Positions 10,026 through 20,717 of a stretch of DNA of 64,000 bases are shown here, piece after piece (the stretch's first letter is position 1; each line of letters opens with the position of its first letter). The DNA comes from Minisyncoccota bacterium (GTDB lineage: Bacteria > Patescibacteriota > Minisyncoccia > UBA6257 > GWB1-50-10). The notes beneath the pieces were generated by a model. It was not told the DNA's origin. It saw only the letters and a list, made by a program, of their open reading frames with translations, and did not search any database. Position numbers and translations under genes: made by a program. Location: positions 2,155-66,154 of the forward strand of contig JAYRXE010000037.1 in the NCBI GenBank assembly GCA_041917695.1. The letters are read 5' to 3'.

Positions 10026-10471
10026 CGGGAGAGGGGAATGGTCGTATGGAATGTGCGGGCGGATTCCTTCTTCCCGTGCGCGAACCGGATGAGCCGGGCT
10101 CCGCGGAAAAGTCCCGGCACGCACTCAGGCCACTCGACGAGCACGATGTTCTTCGGGTCGCCGAGGATTTTTTTGACGCCGAGCGTTTCAAGCTCTTTTT
10201 TCGACCGGAGGCGGTACGCGTCGATATGGAAGATAACCCGCTCTTTTGCCGGGTAGCGCTTCATGATAACGAACGTGGGGGACGTGACGGCGCGCTTCAC
10301 GCCGAATGCGCGGACGAATGCGCGGGTGAAAGCGGTCTTTCCCGCGCCGAGGTTCCCTTTGAGGGCGATGATAAGCGCCCGCGAGGCGGGGCGCTCCTTT
10401 TTCGCCCATTGGGCGACCCGGGCGGCAAACTCGGCGGTTTTTTTCAGCGACGCGCTTCTATAGGCAGGCAT
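10022..10471 (-). CDS. tsaE: tRNA threonylcarbamoyladenosine ATPase TsaE
   Basis: GNLGAGKT, SPTF, HIDAYRL, VEWPE. Confidence 0.95.
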   Translation of the reverse strand: MPAYRSASLKKTAEFAARVAQWAKKERPASRALIIALKGNLGAGKTAFTRAFVRAFGVKRAVTSPTFVIMKRYPAKERVIFHIDAYRLRSKKELETLGVKKILGDPKNIVLVEWPECVPGLFRGARLIRFAHGKKESARTFHTTIPLSR

Positions 10472-10475
10472 GGAA

Positions 10476-11471
10476 TCAGACGAGGCGGGTTTTCTTCGCC
10501 GCTCCGATGTGTTCGTACGCCTCTTCGGTCGCGATGCGTCCGAGGGGCGTGCGTTCTATCATGTGGAGCGCAAGGAGAAACGGCTCGTAAACGTCTTCAA
10601 TGGTGCCGATTTCTTCCGAAAGGGACGCGGCGAGGGATTTCACGCCGACCGGACCGCCGTTGAATTTCTTGATGATGGTCGAAAGGAGCTCGCGGTCGGC
10701 GCGTTCGAGTCCGCGGGGGTCGATGTCGAGGAGGGCAAGCGTCTTTTCCGCCGCTTCCTTCCCGATGTTTCCTTCGGCGTAGACCTCGGCGTAATCGCGC
10801 GCGCGTTTCAGCAAACGGTTTGCGACGCGGGGCGTGAAGCGCGCCGCCTCGGCGAGAATGCGTATCGCGTCTTCGTCGATGGAAGCTTTCAAAATCTCCG
10901 CCGATTGGCGCAATATCTTTTTCACATCGTCGGCCGAATAGTATTCGAGCTTGAACATCCCGCCGAAACGCGAACGGAGCGGGTTCGAGAGGAGACTCAC
11001 CTTCGTCGTCGCGCCGACGACGGTGAAGGGCGGGAGGTCGAGCGAGAAGGTGCGCGCCGAAGAGCCCTTGCCGACCACGAGGTGGAGCTTCCGGGATTCG
11101 AGCGCGGGGTAAAGCATTTCCTCGACGAACTTATTGATGCGGTGGATTTCGTCGATGAAGAGGATTTCATTCGGCTCGATGTTCGAAAGGATAGCGGCGA
11201 CATCGCCGGCCTTCTCGAGCGCCGGTCCGGTCGTCGTTTTCACGTTCACGCCCATTTCGCGTCCGATGATGTAGGCGAGCGTGGTCTTTCCGAGGCCCGC
11301 CTGGCCGTAGAGAAGCACGTGGTCGAGGGATTCCCCGCGCTTTTTTGCGGCCTCGATCATGAGGCGGAGGTTCGTCTTCGTAAGATCCTGGCCGATATAG
11401 CCGTCCCAGTCTTTGGGGCGCAATTCCTGGTCCACGGTTTCGGCCTGTTTTTCCGGCTCCTGCTTCGTCAT
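10476..11471 (-). CDS. ruvB: Holliday junction branch migration helicase RuvB
   Basis: LRPKDWDGYIGQ, GLGKTTLA, LFIDEIHR, YEPFL; start ATG 11471. Confidence 0.97.
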   Translation of the reverse strand: MTKQEPEKQAETVDQELRPKDWDGYIGQDLTKTNLRLMIEAAKKRGESLDHVLLYGQAGLGKTTLAYIIGREMGVNVKTTTGPALEKAGDVAAILSNIEPNEILFIDEIHRINKFVEEMLYPALESRKLHLVVGKGSSARTFSLDLPPFTVVGATTKVSLLSNPLRSRFGGMFKLEYYSADDVKKILRQSAEILKASIDEDAIRILAEAARFTPRVANRLLKRARDYAEVYAEGNIGKEAAEKTLALLDIDPRGLERADRELLSTIIKKFNGGPVGVKSLAASLSEEIGTIEDVYEPFLLALHMIERTPLGRIATEEAYEHIGAAKKTRLV

Positions 11472-11657
11472 TTCCTTAATGATACACGCGCTCGCGAGGC
11501 TTGGGGAGAGTGGCTTAAAACCAGGCTTTTCGAGGGTCCGCAGGCCCGCCCGAAAGACCAATTTCTTTTCCACAGGTGGGGATATCGGGCCGGTTTGACA
11601 TTATCCCCAGGCGGGTTTCTAATGGTACCCCTTGAGGGGAGGCTCCCCGAGAGGCTA

Positions 11658-11686
11658 TTGACAAAAAATCTTTCTCGTGCTAATAT
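11658..11686 (+). promoter_or_regulatory. sigma70-type promoter for the non-coding RNA
   Basis: TTGACA-17 nt-TAATAT with TG extension. Confidence 0.7.
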
Positions 11687-11691
11687 TAAGA

Positions 11692-11908
11692 AGGATTAAA
11701 AATTCCATATCCTTGCTAGAGACCCGGGGGCAAACAGATTATTTCTTAAACTATTACAGGACTTTCTGGCTTCGGCTGGGCAGTTCCTCGGAGATATCGG
11801 TCTTCACCTGAATAGAATTCAGGAGAATGTTAAAAGAGCTTACACTCTTCTTGCCCGCGGATCTCTCGTTGGGATATATGAAAACACCGCCTTTAAAGCG
11901 GTGTTTTC
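11692..11908 (+). ncRNA. candidate 6S-like RNA
   Basis: promoter, no long ORF, rod-shaped fold with central bubble, terminator at 11881-11912. Confidence 0.55.
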
Positions 11909-12025
11909 TTTTGTGAGCGCCAAGCTCTTAACAGGGGAGGATGTATTGACAAATACTATAATAGATGGTAAACTATTTTCAGCTAAATATAGTTTTTATT
12001 TTTAATAACTTAATCATTTAAGAAA

Positions 12026-12661
12026 ATGCAAAGTCAAAATTTATGGGAATATTTCGGTGTTCCTATGTGGTTGATTTACGGTATCGAAATTGTTTGTCTT
12101 TTAGCGCTTCTCTATTTGGTTTATTACGGCTTAAGATATGTTTTGAACGCACCATTTATTGATTCTAAAAAACAGGCAACTCCAATAAAAGAAGAGACTG
12201 ACATGCACGAAGAAGGAATCGTTGAAAAAAGAGGCGGTGAAGACAGCGTGGAAGAGTATAAGGCAATAAAGAATAAGAACGAGGTTGAGGATGATGGAAA
12301 ATACGGCCCCAAGACTGATTTTTCAAAGTTCAACTACGAGCATTTTATTGAATTTATAGCGTCAGTTGGAGAATGTGAGGTGGAAATCCTCAAAGCTTCA
12401 GCCGGGGTTGGTATTGGGTGGATAAACTATGTGCAGTTGCTAAAAAAGTCCTGCCTAAATAATGAAATTCTCCCATTTTTTGAGAAGATCCTATCGGGAG
12501 AGTTGAGCATTCCATCTCCTCCAGCTTCATTTGCGGATTTCCCTTTTCTGATTGAATACCGCGAATATAGTGGCAAAAAATACGCCCGTTTATGTTCTCA
12601 GCTTTTAGGAACTCCTAATTCCCCCCTTGCTCAATACAGCCTTTTTGTCAGGGAGAAATAG
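12026..12661 (+). CDS. hypothetical membrane-anchored protein (AT-rich solo cassette)
   Basis: N-terminal TM; promoter TTGACA 11946-17 nt-TAAACT; terminator 12666-12698. Confidence 0.75.
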   Translation: MQSQNLWEYFGVPMWLIYGIEIVCLLALLYLVYYGLRYVLNAPFIDSKKQATPIKEETDMHEEGIVEKRGGEDSVEEYKAIKNKNEVEDDGKYGPKTDFSKFNYEHFIEFIASVGECEVEILKASAGVGIGWINYVQLLKKSCLNNEILPFFEKILSGELSIPSPPASFADFPFLIEYREYSGKKYARLCSQLLGTPNSPLAQYSLFVREK

Positions 12662-12728
12662 TTTTAAAACCGTCTCAGAAATGAGCGGTTTTTTATTTCT
12701 CAAAACAAACCACTATACTGAGGTTGCT

Positions 12729-13052
12729 ATGCTTTGTACGAAGTGCGGGAGTGAAATTTCAGAAACTGATTATTTCTGCCCGCAGTGCGGGGTGAAAATC
12801 AGAAATCCCAGACTGTCGGTATCCTTCGGCGCGCAGGCGAAGGCGTATCTCGTAAGCGCGCTTTTCCCTCCTTTCGGGCTCTGGTACGCATACCGGTACA
12901 TGAAGAACGGGGATGCGCAGTCGAAGAAAATCGCCCTCGCAGTCGTTCTCGTTAATCTCGTCTTCTTTTTCATAACGCTTTGGCTCGCAGGAAAGATGCT
13001 GGATTATGCAAATAGGGAAGTCGAGCAGCAATTGAACGCATTCACGTTCTAG
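12729..13052 (+). CDS. zinc-ribbon domain membrane protein
   Basis: CTKCG...FCPQCG then two TM helices; ATG 12729 after TATACT. Confidence 0.8.
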   Translation: MLCTKCGSEISETDYFCPQCGVKIRNPRLSVSFGAQAKAYLVSALFPPFGLWYAYRYMKNGDAQSKKIALAVVLVNLVFFFITLWLAGKMLDYANREVEQQLNAFTF

Positions 13053-13084
13053 TTTCCGCTTAAAAACCGCGTTTACGCGGTTTT

Positions 13085-14770
13085 TTATTTCATCCACCAG
13101 TCGATGGAGCCGGTTACGTCCTCGACTTCCGTCCGGCTCGTCACGCCCCTCAGCATTTTCAAAACACCGTCCTCCTGGAGGAATACCAATCCCTCCTTCC
13201 GCGCCGCGTCTTTCAAATCGAATTCCGTCGGGCGCGTGTAGATAAGCCGTTGGATAGGTTCCGTCACGCGGAAGAGCTCGAAGATGGACGTGCGCCCCTT
13301 GTACCCGATGCCCTGGCACGCATCGCATCCGACCGGCTCGTATATTTCTATATTTGCGTACTCGCTTTTATCCACGTTCGCCGGCAGGGATTCAACGAAC
13401 TTCTTTATCGCTTCCTTCTGAGCCTCGGAAAGCTCGAGAGGCTTCCTGCATTCCTTGCAGAGTACGCGAACCAATCGCTGGGCGATGACGAGGCGCAAGC
13501 CCGGCGCGAGGATTTGCGCCTCCGCGCCGAGGTTCAGCATGCGGGGGATCGCTCCGATCGCATCGTTCGTGTGGAGCGTCGAAAAAACGAGGTGGCCGGT
13601 GAGCGAGGCGTTCAGCGCCGTCTCGGCGGTGTCTTTGTCGCGGATTTCACCGACGAGGACCACGTCCGGGTCTTGCCGGAGAATGGAGCGGAGGCCGTTT
13701 GCGAAGGTGTAGTTCGCTTCCTCGTCGACCTGCGTCTGTGAGATGCCTTCCAGATGGTATTCGATGGGGTCTTCGACGGTGATGATTTTGATTTCCGGAT
13801 TTTTCACGTGAGACAGGAAGGCGTAGAGCGTCGTCGTCTTACCGCTTCCGGTGGGGCCGGTGTTCAGGATAAGGCCGTTCGGCTGGGCGATTTCGTGGCG
13901 CGCCACTTCAAGCAAATCTTTCCGCCAGCCCAATTCTTCGAGGTTGGCTTTCAAAGACGAGGGGTCGAGCAAACGCATGACGACCGTTTCGCCGTATTCG
14001 GAGGGGATGACGGAGGTGCGGACTTCGATGGCCTTGCCGGACGCTTTGATGGTGAAGCGCCCGTCCTGCGCTTCGCGGTGGATATTCAACTTCAATCCCG
14101 AAAGGAGCTTGATGCGCGTTACCACCGAGTGGTAGGTGTGCGTCTCGAACGCGTCGTAGGCGGTGTGAAGGATGCCGTCGAGGCGCAGGCGGAAGGTGTT
14201 TTTCGTTTCACCCGCTTCCAAGTGGATGTCGGAAGCGCCGAGGGTAAGCCCGCCCGCCAAAACGATCTCGAGCATTTGGGACGTGTACTCATTGATGTGT
14301 TCTTCGATTTCCGCGGAAAGGTCGGCGATGCTCTTAATGCGGTCGATGAGGTCTTCCAAGTGCGCCGGGTCGATGGAGACCGAACCGCTGATTTCCTTCA
14401 CCTCGGTAACGTACTGGTAATAGCTCCAGGCGTAATTCAGGGAGGTCAGCGAAACGACGAATATCTCGAGCGTCACGCCGGGCGTCGCCTTGAGTTTTTC
14501 GAGAGCTTCTTTTGCGGAGGGCGTGAGCGGGTCGAATGTGGCGACGAGGAGTTTTTGCTTGGAAATTTCAAACGGCGCGACGAGCGCGTCGTGGGCATCG
14601 GCCTCCTTCATGAGGCGCAGGGCTTTCAGGTTCACGGGGATTTTCGAAGCGATGAGGTCGAGATAGGGAAGTCCGGCGCGCGCCGCGCGCCGTTCGGCGT
14701 CCTTTTCCTCGGCGACGTGCCGTTGCTTCGCGAGCTCTTCGTCGAGACCTTTTTGGGAGGCGCTGAACAT
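13085..14770 (-). CDS. GspE/PilB family type IV pilus assembly ATPase
   Basis: ASDIHLE, GPTGSGKTTTLY, EDPIEY, LRQDPD, TGHLVFSTLHTN, CxxC pairs. Confidence 0.95.
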   Translation of the reverse strand: MFSASQKGLDEELAKQRHVAEEKDAERRAARAGLPYLDLIASKIPVNLKALRLMKEADAHDALVAPFEISKQKLLVATFDPLTPSAKEALEKLKATPGVTLEIFVVSLTSLNYAWSYYQYVTEVKEISGSVSIDPAHLEDLIDRIKSIADLSAEIEEHINEYTSQMLEIVLAGGLTLGASDIHLEAGETKNTFRLRLDGILHTAYDAFETHTYHSVVTRIKLLSGLKLNIHREAQDGRFTIKASGKAIEVRTSVIPSEYGETVVMRLLDPSSLKANLEELGWRKDLLEVARHEIAQPNGLILNTGPTGSGKTTTLYAFLSHVKNPEIKIITVEDPIEYHLEGISQTQVDEEANYTFANGLRSILRQDPDVVLVGEIRDKDTAETALNASLTGHLVFSTLHTNDAIGAIPRMLNLGAEAQILAPGLRLVIAQRLVRVLCKECRKPLELSEAQKEAIKKFVESLPANVDKSEYANIEIYEPVGCDACQGIGYKGRTSIFELFRVTEPIQRLIYTRPTEFDLKDAARKEGLVFLQEDGVLKMLRGVTSRTEVEDVTGSIDWWMK

Positions 14771-14954
14771 GACCCCCTTATTCTAGCTTTTTGCCCCCCG
14801 CGCTACAAGGAAAAACCGCATGGTTCCTATGCTTTTCAGGGGAAAACTTGACAGATTTGGTGAATTATTGACTTTTTTACAATTTAGTTGTATAATTAAA
14901 GATAGAAATAGTAAAAAAATAATTTAAAAACATTTCTTTAAGGAGAAATCAAAA

Positions 14955-15575
14955 ATGAAATCAATCGTAATTGCTTTAATAGCTTGCGTTATTTGTCTTT
15001 CACCGGTTCAGGTACATGCTCAGAAAAACCCCGTTAAAAAAACAACGAAGGTGTTCAGGGACGTAGTCACTGATATCGGAAAGACTATTGAAACGGTTTT
15101 CAAGACAAAAACCCGCGTGGAAAAAACAATTGAAGAGAATATGCCGAAGCAGGGTGAATTTGCCGTCGTGAATTCCTACGGCGAAAACTTCATTACTGTG
15201 GTGGAATTAAAAACATCACAAAGTGAGGTAAGCGACGTATTGGCACCGGGGGAAATTGCGAAACTTCCAGCAGAGATATCGCCCACAGATAAAAAAGAAT
15301 TAGTCTGCGGATTTATAAAGGTGTATTACTTCGAACAGTATGCGCCTTCACGGGATAAGGACGGGAACTACGTTTGTAACACCGATGGAAGCCATGTATA
15401 TGGGGACGCCATCTTCTTAGGAAGTTATCCAATTAAGGACTATCTAACTTTCCGGGAACCTATCCAACAGTTATCAGCCGAGAAAAATTTATCTCGTTAT
15501 CTGCGGGACATAAAAAAGCAAAGCAAGATGTATAAAGAACAGTATGAAGCGGAAACGGGCGAAGTAGCGCAGTGA
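14955..15575 (+). CDS. secreted hypothetical protein (AT-rich solo cassette)
   Basis: signal peptide ending VHA-Q; TTGACT-17-TATAAT promoter, AAGGAG SD, terminator 15597-15627. Confidence 0.75.
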   Translation: MKSIVIALIACVICLSPVQVHAQKNPVKKTTKVFRDVVTDIGKTIETVFKTKTRVEKTIEENMPKQGEFAVVNSYGENFITVVELKTSQSEVSDVLAPGEIAKLPAEISPTDKKELVCGFIKVYYFEQYAPSRDKDGNYVCNTDGSHVYGDAIFLGSYPIKDYLTFREPIQQLSAEKNLSRYLRDIKKQSKMYKEQYEAETGEVAQ

Positions 15576-15640
15576 TGCTCAATATTGAATACCTCCATTA
15601 GGGACCTTTTAGGTCCCTAATTTTTTTGTATACTCTAGAC

Positions 15641-16441
15641 GTGATCATTTTTCTCCACGGTTCCGACTCCTACCGCCGCCAGCATAAATTCCGCGAGCTT
15701 CTTTCCGCATACAAGGGAAAGTACGCGAACCCCGACATGCTCGAGCTTGATTTCGAGGATGACGACGCTTTCACGCGCGCGAAGGACTTTCTCGGCCAAC
15801 CATCGATGTTCGCCGAATCGAAGGTGCTCGCTCTTTCAGGGAGCCTTGAGGGCCGTGATGAGTACGCCGACGCGTTGCGCCGGGAGCTCGAAACGCCGAA
15901 GAATTTTGTCATCATATCGACAGCCGAGGTCCCCGCAGGGGAGCTTGCGTTCCTGCTCGAGGCTCCCGTCCGGCGCGAGCGGTTTGCCGAACTTCTGGGG
16001 ACCGACTTTGAAAACTTCGTCCGCGGGCTTGCGAAGGACGCCGGTGTCGATTTCGACGCGGCGGGTTTTCGCGCGCTTATGCATGCGCTCCAGGCGGAAA
16101 AGCCGGAGAACCGTTCGTGGCGCGCCGCGGCGGAGACGCACAAACTTTCCCTTGCGACGGGAAAGGTGACGGCGGAATCCGTGCGTTCACTCGTACGGCT
16201 TATCCCGACCGGAGACATCTACGCACTCGCGCGTTCTTTTATGTACGGGCGGAGCGCGGCGGCGCGCCTTACGGCCCTCGAAGAGCTTGAAGCGGGGAAC
16301 TTCGATCCGGCATGGGCGTTCAACACGCTGTGTTTCCTTGCAAAAGGACGCGAGACGACGGCGCTTGCCGCCGCGGACCTTGCCGTGAAGTCCGGCTCGC
16401 TCGATTACGAGACCGCGCTCACCAAAGTCGCGCTCGGGTAA
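15641..16441 (+). CDS. holA: DNA polymerase III delta subunit (divergent)
   Basis: IIFLHGSDSY start, QPSMFAESK, ADLAVKSG C-terminus; adjacent to rpsT. Confidence 0.75.
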   Translation: MIIFLHGSDSYRRQHKFRELLSAYKGKYANPDMLELDFEDDDAFTRAKDFLGQPSMFAESKVLALSGSLEGRDEYADALRRELETPKNFVIISTAEVPAGELAFLLEAPVRRERFAELLGTDFENFVRGLAKDAGVDFDAAGFRALMHALQAEKPENRSWRAAAETHKLSLATGKVTAESVRSLVRLIPTGDIYALARSFMYGRSAAARLTALEELEAGNFDPAWAFNTLCFLAKGRETTALAAADLAVKSGSLDYETALTKVALG

Positions 16442-16452
16442 AAGAAAAACGG

Positions 16453-16719
16453 CTATTTCGCCGTTTTCTTCAGGTTCTTCGCGAGGCGCGATTTTATCCG
16501 GCTCGCTTTGCCTTTTTTGATGAGTCCGCTTTTCGCCACCTTGTCCACCGCTTTCATCACGCGGGGGAGGGAGGCTTTCGCTTCGTCGAGCTTGCCTTCA
16601 GCGACGAGCTTCCGAAAGCCCTTTACGCTGGATTTGATGATCGCCTTGCGCTTCATATTGCGCGCCCGGCGGGTCACCGACTGGCGAAGCGCTTTTTTTG
16701 CCGATGTGGTTCTGGGCAT
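16453..16719 (-). CDS. rpsT: 30S ribosomal protein S20
   Basis: SAKKALRQS...RN, DKVAKSGLIKKGKASRIKSRL. Confidence 0.95.
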   Translation of the reverse strand: MPRTTSAKKALRQSVTRRARNMKRKAIIKSSVKGFRKLVAEGKLDEAKASLPRVMKAVDKVAKSGLIKKGKASRIKSRLAKNLKKTAK

Positions 16720-16804
16720 GATTCTTTGGTTTTCGTGCGTGGGAATCATACCTTTTGCCGCCTGGAACGTCAACTGAAAAACCCCTATACTCTACCTGAA
16801 GACC

Positions 16805-17389
16805 ATGTTTTATTCGCTTCGCGGTACGCTTGTAAAAAAGACCGCCGGCACTGCCGTAATCGAGGTTGCGGGAGTTGGCTATAAAGTTTTCGTGTCTCAG
16901 CGGACGGCAGCCGCGCTTCCGCCCGAAGGGAAGGAGGCCCGCATATTCACTTCGCTTTCGGTGAAGGAAGACGCGCTCGACCTTTTCGGCTTTGCCGACG
17001 AGCCGACCCTCCGCTTTTTCGAATTGCTGTGCACGGTAAGCGGGGTGGGGCCGAAAACCGCGCTTGCCGTCCTCGACGTCGATTCCATCGAGCGCCTTTC
17101 CGCCGCCATCCTCGAAAAACGCGCGGATCTTATCCTGCGCGCGCCCGGCATCGGTAAAAAAACCGCCGAGCGCATCATCGTCGATTTGCATTCCAAGCTG
17201 GAACTCGAAGGCGCCGCCGCGCTTGCCGGCAAAATGACCACCGAGGTGGAAGTCGAGGAAGCGCTGGTCGGGTTGGGATACGCCCGCCACGACGCCCGGC
17301 GGTCGGCGCATGAAGGGGGAAAGGGCGGGGGAAATTTCGAGGAACAATTAAAACGCGCTTTAAAGGCGCTCGGTTCGAATCAAAAATAA
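16805..17389 (+). CDS. ruvA: Holliday junction binding protein RuvA
   Basis: GVGY, EDALDLFGF, VSGVGPKTA, PGIGKKTAERI. Confidence 0.96.
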   Translation: MFYSLRGTLVKKTAGTAVIEVAGVGYKVFVSQRTAAALPPEGKEARIFTSLSVKEDALDLFGFADEPTLRFFELLCTVSGVGPKTALAVLDVDSIERLSAAILEKRADLILRAPGIGKKTAERIIVDLHSKLELEGAAALAGKMTTEVEVEEALVGLGYARHDARRSAHEGGKGGGNFEEQLKRALKALGSNQK

Positions 17390-17394
17390 AAAAT

Positions 17395-18750
17395 ATGAAA
17401 ATACAATTTTGCGGGGCAAGCCAGATGGTGACGGGGTCGAACTACCTCCTTGAGTCGGGGGATACGAAGATTCTCATCGATTGCGGACTTTTCCAGGGGT
17501 CGCATTTTTGCGACGAGCTGAATTTCGAGGATTTCCGCTATGATCCGAAATCCATCACGGCGCTCATCGTAACGCACGGCCATATCGACCACATCGGCCG
17601 GGTTCCGAAGCTCGTTCGCGACGGTTTCCACGGAGACATTTTTTCCACGCCTCCGACGAAAGACTTTGCCGAATCCCTTCTGCTTGATTCGGAGCATGTG
17701 TTGCGCACCGAGGCGGAACGGATGAACAAACCGCCGCTTTACGAAATCAACGACGTTTCCGAGGCGATGAAATTGTGGAAGAAAATCACCTATCACGAAA
17801 AATTTTCCGTCGGCCCCTTCCAAATCGAGTTTTACGATGCAGGCCATATTCTCGGTTCCGCATTCGTCGTCATCGAAGCCGAAGGCAAACGCATCGTCTT
17901 TTCGGGTGACATCGGCAACCCCCAGATGCCGTTCATCCGCGACCTCGAGATGATCGAGAGCGCGGATTTTTTGGTCGTCGAATCCACCTATGGGAATACG
18001 GTCCACCACGACACCGCCGCGCGGAAAGATATTTTGGAAGACGTCATCGAGGAGGCGGCAAAGGCGGGCGGGGTGCTCATGATTCCGGCCTTCGCGCTCG
18101 AGCGCACGCAGGAGATGATGTACGAACTCGATGAGCTCGTCTCGCACGGCCGGGTTCCGAAAATGCCGGTTTTCGTCGATAGCCCGCTCGCCATCAAACT
18201 CACCGCTGTGTACCAAAAATATTCGACAAATCCCAAATATTTTTCCGCCGAAGCCATCTCGCTTATCAAGGCGGGGGACGCTCTTTTCAATTTTCCCGGC
18301 CTTGAGCTTACGCTCACGCCGGAACAATCGAAGTCCATCGCCAAGGTTCCGCCCCCGAAAATCGTGATTGCGGGCGGCGGCATGTCGCAAGGCGGACGCA
18401 TCGTTTTCCACGAGCGGAACTATCTCGGCGATCCGAAGAATTCCATTCTCTTCGTAGGGTACCAGGCGAAGAATTCCCTCGGCAGGCATATCAAGGACGG
18501 CGAGAAGACCGTGCACATCTTCGGCGAACCGGTCGAGGTGCGCGCGAAGGTGCACGAGATCACCGGCTATTCCGCGCATGCGGACCAGCCTCAGATCATG
18601 CGGTGGGTGCGTCCTATGAAAGGAACGCTCAAGGAAATATTTTTAGTGCACGGCGAACCGGACCAAATGGAGCCCCTGGCGCAAAAGATGCTCGATGAAT
18701 ACGCCGTGCCCGTCAAAATTCCTTCGCTCGGCGATTCCTTCGTGATATAA
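17395..18750 (+). CDS. MBL-fold/beta-CASP RNA-processing metallohydrolase
   Basis: THGHIDHIG, AGHILGS, FSGDIG, ESTYG, YSAHAD, VHGE. Confidence 0.92.
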   Translation: MKIQFCGASQMVTGSNYLLESGDTKILIDCGLFQGSHFCDELNFEDFRYDPKSITALIVTHGHIDHIGRVPKLVRDGFHGDIFSTPPTKDFAESLLLDSEHVLRTEAERMNKPPLYEINDVSEAMKLWKKITYHEKFSVGPFQIEFYDAGHILGSAFVVIEAEGKRIVFSGDIGNPQMPFIRDLEMIESADFLVVESTYGNTVHHDTAARKDILEDVIEEAAKAGGVLMIPAFALERTQEMMYELDELVSHGRVPKMPVFVDSPLAIKLTAVYQKYSTNPKYFSAEAISLIKAGDALFNFPGLELTLTPEQSKSIAKVPPPKIVIAGGGMSQGGRIVFHERNYLGDPKNSILFVGYQAKNSLGRHIKDGEKTVHIFGEPVEVRAKVHEITGYSAHADQPQIMRWVRPMKGTLKEIFLVHGEPDQMEPLAQKMLDEYAVPVKIPSLGDSFVI

Positions 18751-18765
18751 TCGAGGTGTTTCACC

Positions 18766-19422
18766 ATGCCTCCCGCAAAAAAAACTCCGGCAAAATCGCC
18801 CGCGAAGCGAATCCGCCTCGCGTCAGACGACCTGCGCTATAAGATTTGCGTTTCCGGCGCGGCCGAGACCGGCTTGTGCTCCGAAGATTGCTACGAAAAG
18901 GCGGTTCTTTTGGGGAAGGAAATCGCCCGGCGGGGGATGGTGCTCGTGACCGGCGCGACCTCGGGCGTGCCGTATTGGGTCGCCAAGGCGGTGAAGGAGG
19001 AAGGCGGCGTTGTCGTCGGCTTTTCGCCCGCCATTTCAAAAAAAGCCCACGTGAATACGTATCATTTGCCGCTCGACTACCATGACGTCGTGATGTATAC
19101 CGGCTTCCATTATTCGGGACGAAACCTCCTCTTGATGCGCTCGGCAGACGCGATTATCACCATCTGCGGACGCATCGGCACGCTGAATGAATTCACTATC
19201 GGTTTCGAAGATAAAAAACCCATCGGCGTCCTTGAGGGCACGGGCGGCATGGCCGACCGCTTGCGCGATATCGTCGAGAATGCCCATCGCGGTCCCGGGC
19301 GCGTCGTTTTCTCCCGCGACCCGAAAGAGCTTTTGGATGAGGTGGTGAAGCTCATCGAAACGAGCGAAGCGGATGACATCCCGAAAGTGGTGACGATGAA
19401 AGAGAAAGAGGGGGAACAATGA
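18766..19422 (+). CDS. LOG/SLOG family Rossmann-fold protein
   Basis: LVTGATSGVP, RNLLL, GRIGTLNE. Confidence 0.8.
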   Translation: MPPAKKTPAKSPAKRIRLASDDLRYKICVSGAAETGLCSEDCYEKAVLLGKEIARRGMVLVTGATSGVPYWVAKAVKEEGGVVVGFSPAISKKAHVNTYHLPLDYHDVVMYTGFHYSGRNLLLMRSADAIITICGRIGTLNEFTIGFEDKKPIGVLEGTGGMADRLRDIVENAHRGPGRVVFSRDPKELLDEVVKLIETSEADDIPKVVTMKEKEGEQ

Positions 19423-20717
19423 TTCCGGCGGGACGAAGAATCGTGCGATACGGGGCGCTTCTCGCGCTTTTTTTGATTCCCTTCGGGACGAAGAAATTCG
19501 TTTTCCAGTTTTTCGGGGGAAACCCCACGGAATTGAACGCGGCTTTCATCTTCCTTTCGACACTTGCCGCAGTCTGTTTCATCGCGTGTCTTCCTCAAAG
19601 TTCCTTCCGCGTTTTTCCCCGGACGCTTCTCGCGTTCGTCGCTCTCGCCGCCCTTTCCGCGGGTTTTTCGACCGTTCCTTTGTTTTCGGCTTTTCGGCTT
19701 TTGGAGCTCTGTGTAGCGGTCTTTTTCGGTTTCGGCATCGCATACGCCCTCCGCGAAAAGATCATTTCAGTTTCCGATGCCGCGCGCGCAATCGCGTATT
19801 CGGCATGCATCCAGGCATTCGTGGTATTTGCGCAATTTTATTCGCAAGCGTCTTTAGGGCTCCGCTCCTTGGGTGAATCGGTTATTCCTTTTGGAAAGAC
19901 GGAGGGGGTTGCGCGGGTGGCGCTTGAAGGGACGGCGCTGTTACGGGGGTACGGCACGATGGCGCATGCGAATATCGCGGCAGCCTGGATGGGTCTCGGC
20001 GTCATATGCCTTCTCTTCCTCTTTATATATGAAGGCAGGTCCGCTCTTTCAGCGTCCATACATGCCGCCGCGGGGCTTTTCCTTCTTTTTACGGGGATGG
20101 TGCTTACCTTCTCCCGTTCCGGATGGGTGAGTTTGGCATGCGCAATTCTCGCGTTCCTTGCGGTTCTCTTTTTCACTTTTCCGAAAAAAGACGCGGTTCG
20201 TGCCGTCCTCCTTTGCGCGCTTGCGGCCTCTGCGGTTTTCTTTCCGCTCCGGTGGGCGATTTTTCCGCGCGCGCATTTATCGAGCGGGGAGCCGTCGGTG
20301 AATCTCCGCGTTCTTTATAATTCAATCGGCATTGAAGTTATGCGGGAAAAGCCGTTCGGAACGGGGATGGCGGATGAGCCGCGCTATGCCGAAACCCGGG
20401 GTCTTTTTGAGAAATTCGGCATTCGGAATCCGCTTGATTTCCAGCCGGTGCATAATCTCTATCTGCTTATCGGAACCGAACTGGGCGTGGCCGGGCTTCT
20501 CCTTCTCCTCTTTTTCCTGGGGAGCCTTTTCCGGTCCGTGGGGGGGATTGCGCCCGAATTGCGCGCGCTTTCCATTTCGCTTTTTGCGTTTGTCGCTGTT
20601 TTCGCGCTTTTTGACCATTTCTTTTGGACGCTTGAAGCGGGGCGCCTCATGTTTTGGGGAGCGCTCGGCATCGCGGGATTCGGTCTTGCAACGCGCCGCC
20701 GCCGCGTGCTTTCATAA
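19419..20717 (+). CDS. O-antigen ligase family membrane protein
   Basis: multi-TM; [29 protein letters not shown]. Confidence 0.8.
   Translation: MIPAGRRIVRYGALLALFLIPFGTKKFVFQFFGGNPTELNAAFIFLSTLAAVCFIACLPQSSFRVFPRTLLAFVALAALSAGFSTVPLFSAFRLLELCVAVFFGFGIAYALREKIISVSDAARAIAYSACIQAFVVFAQFYSQASLGLRSLGESVIPFGKTEGVARVALEGTALLRGYGTMAHANIAAAWMGLGVICLLFLFIYEGRSALSASIHAAAGLFLLFTGMVLTFSRSGWVSLACAILAFLAVLFFTFPKKDAVRAVLLCALAASAVFFPLRWAIFPRAHLSSGEPSVNLRVLYNSIGIEVMREKPFGTGMADEPRYAETRGLFEKFGIRNPLDFQPVHNLYLLIGTELGVAGLLLLLFFLGSLFRSVGGIAPELRALSISLFAFVAVFALFDHFFWTLEAGRLMFWGALGIAGFGLATRRRRVLS

Noticed and set aside
11566-11610. DnaA-box-like TTTTCCACA / TTATCCCCA upstream of ruvB
   Set aside because: Two mismatched 9-mers with no unwinding element; insufficient support.
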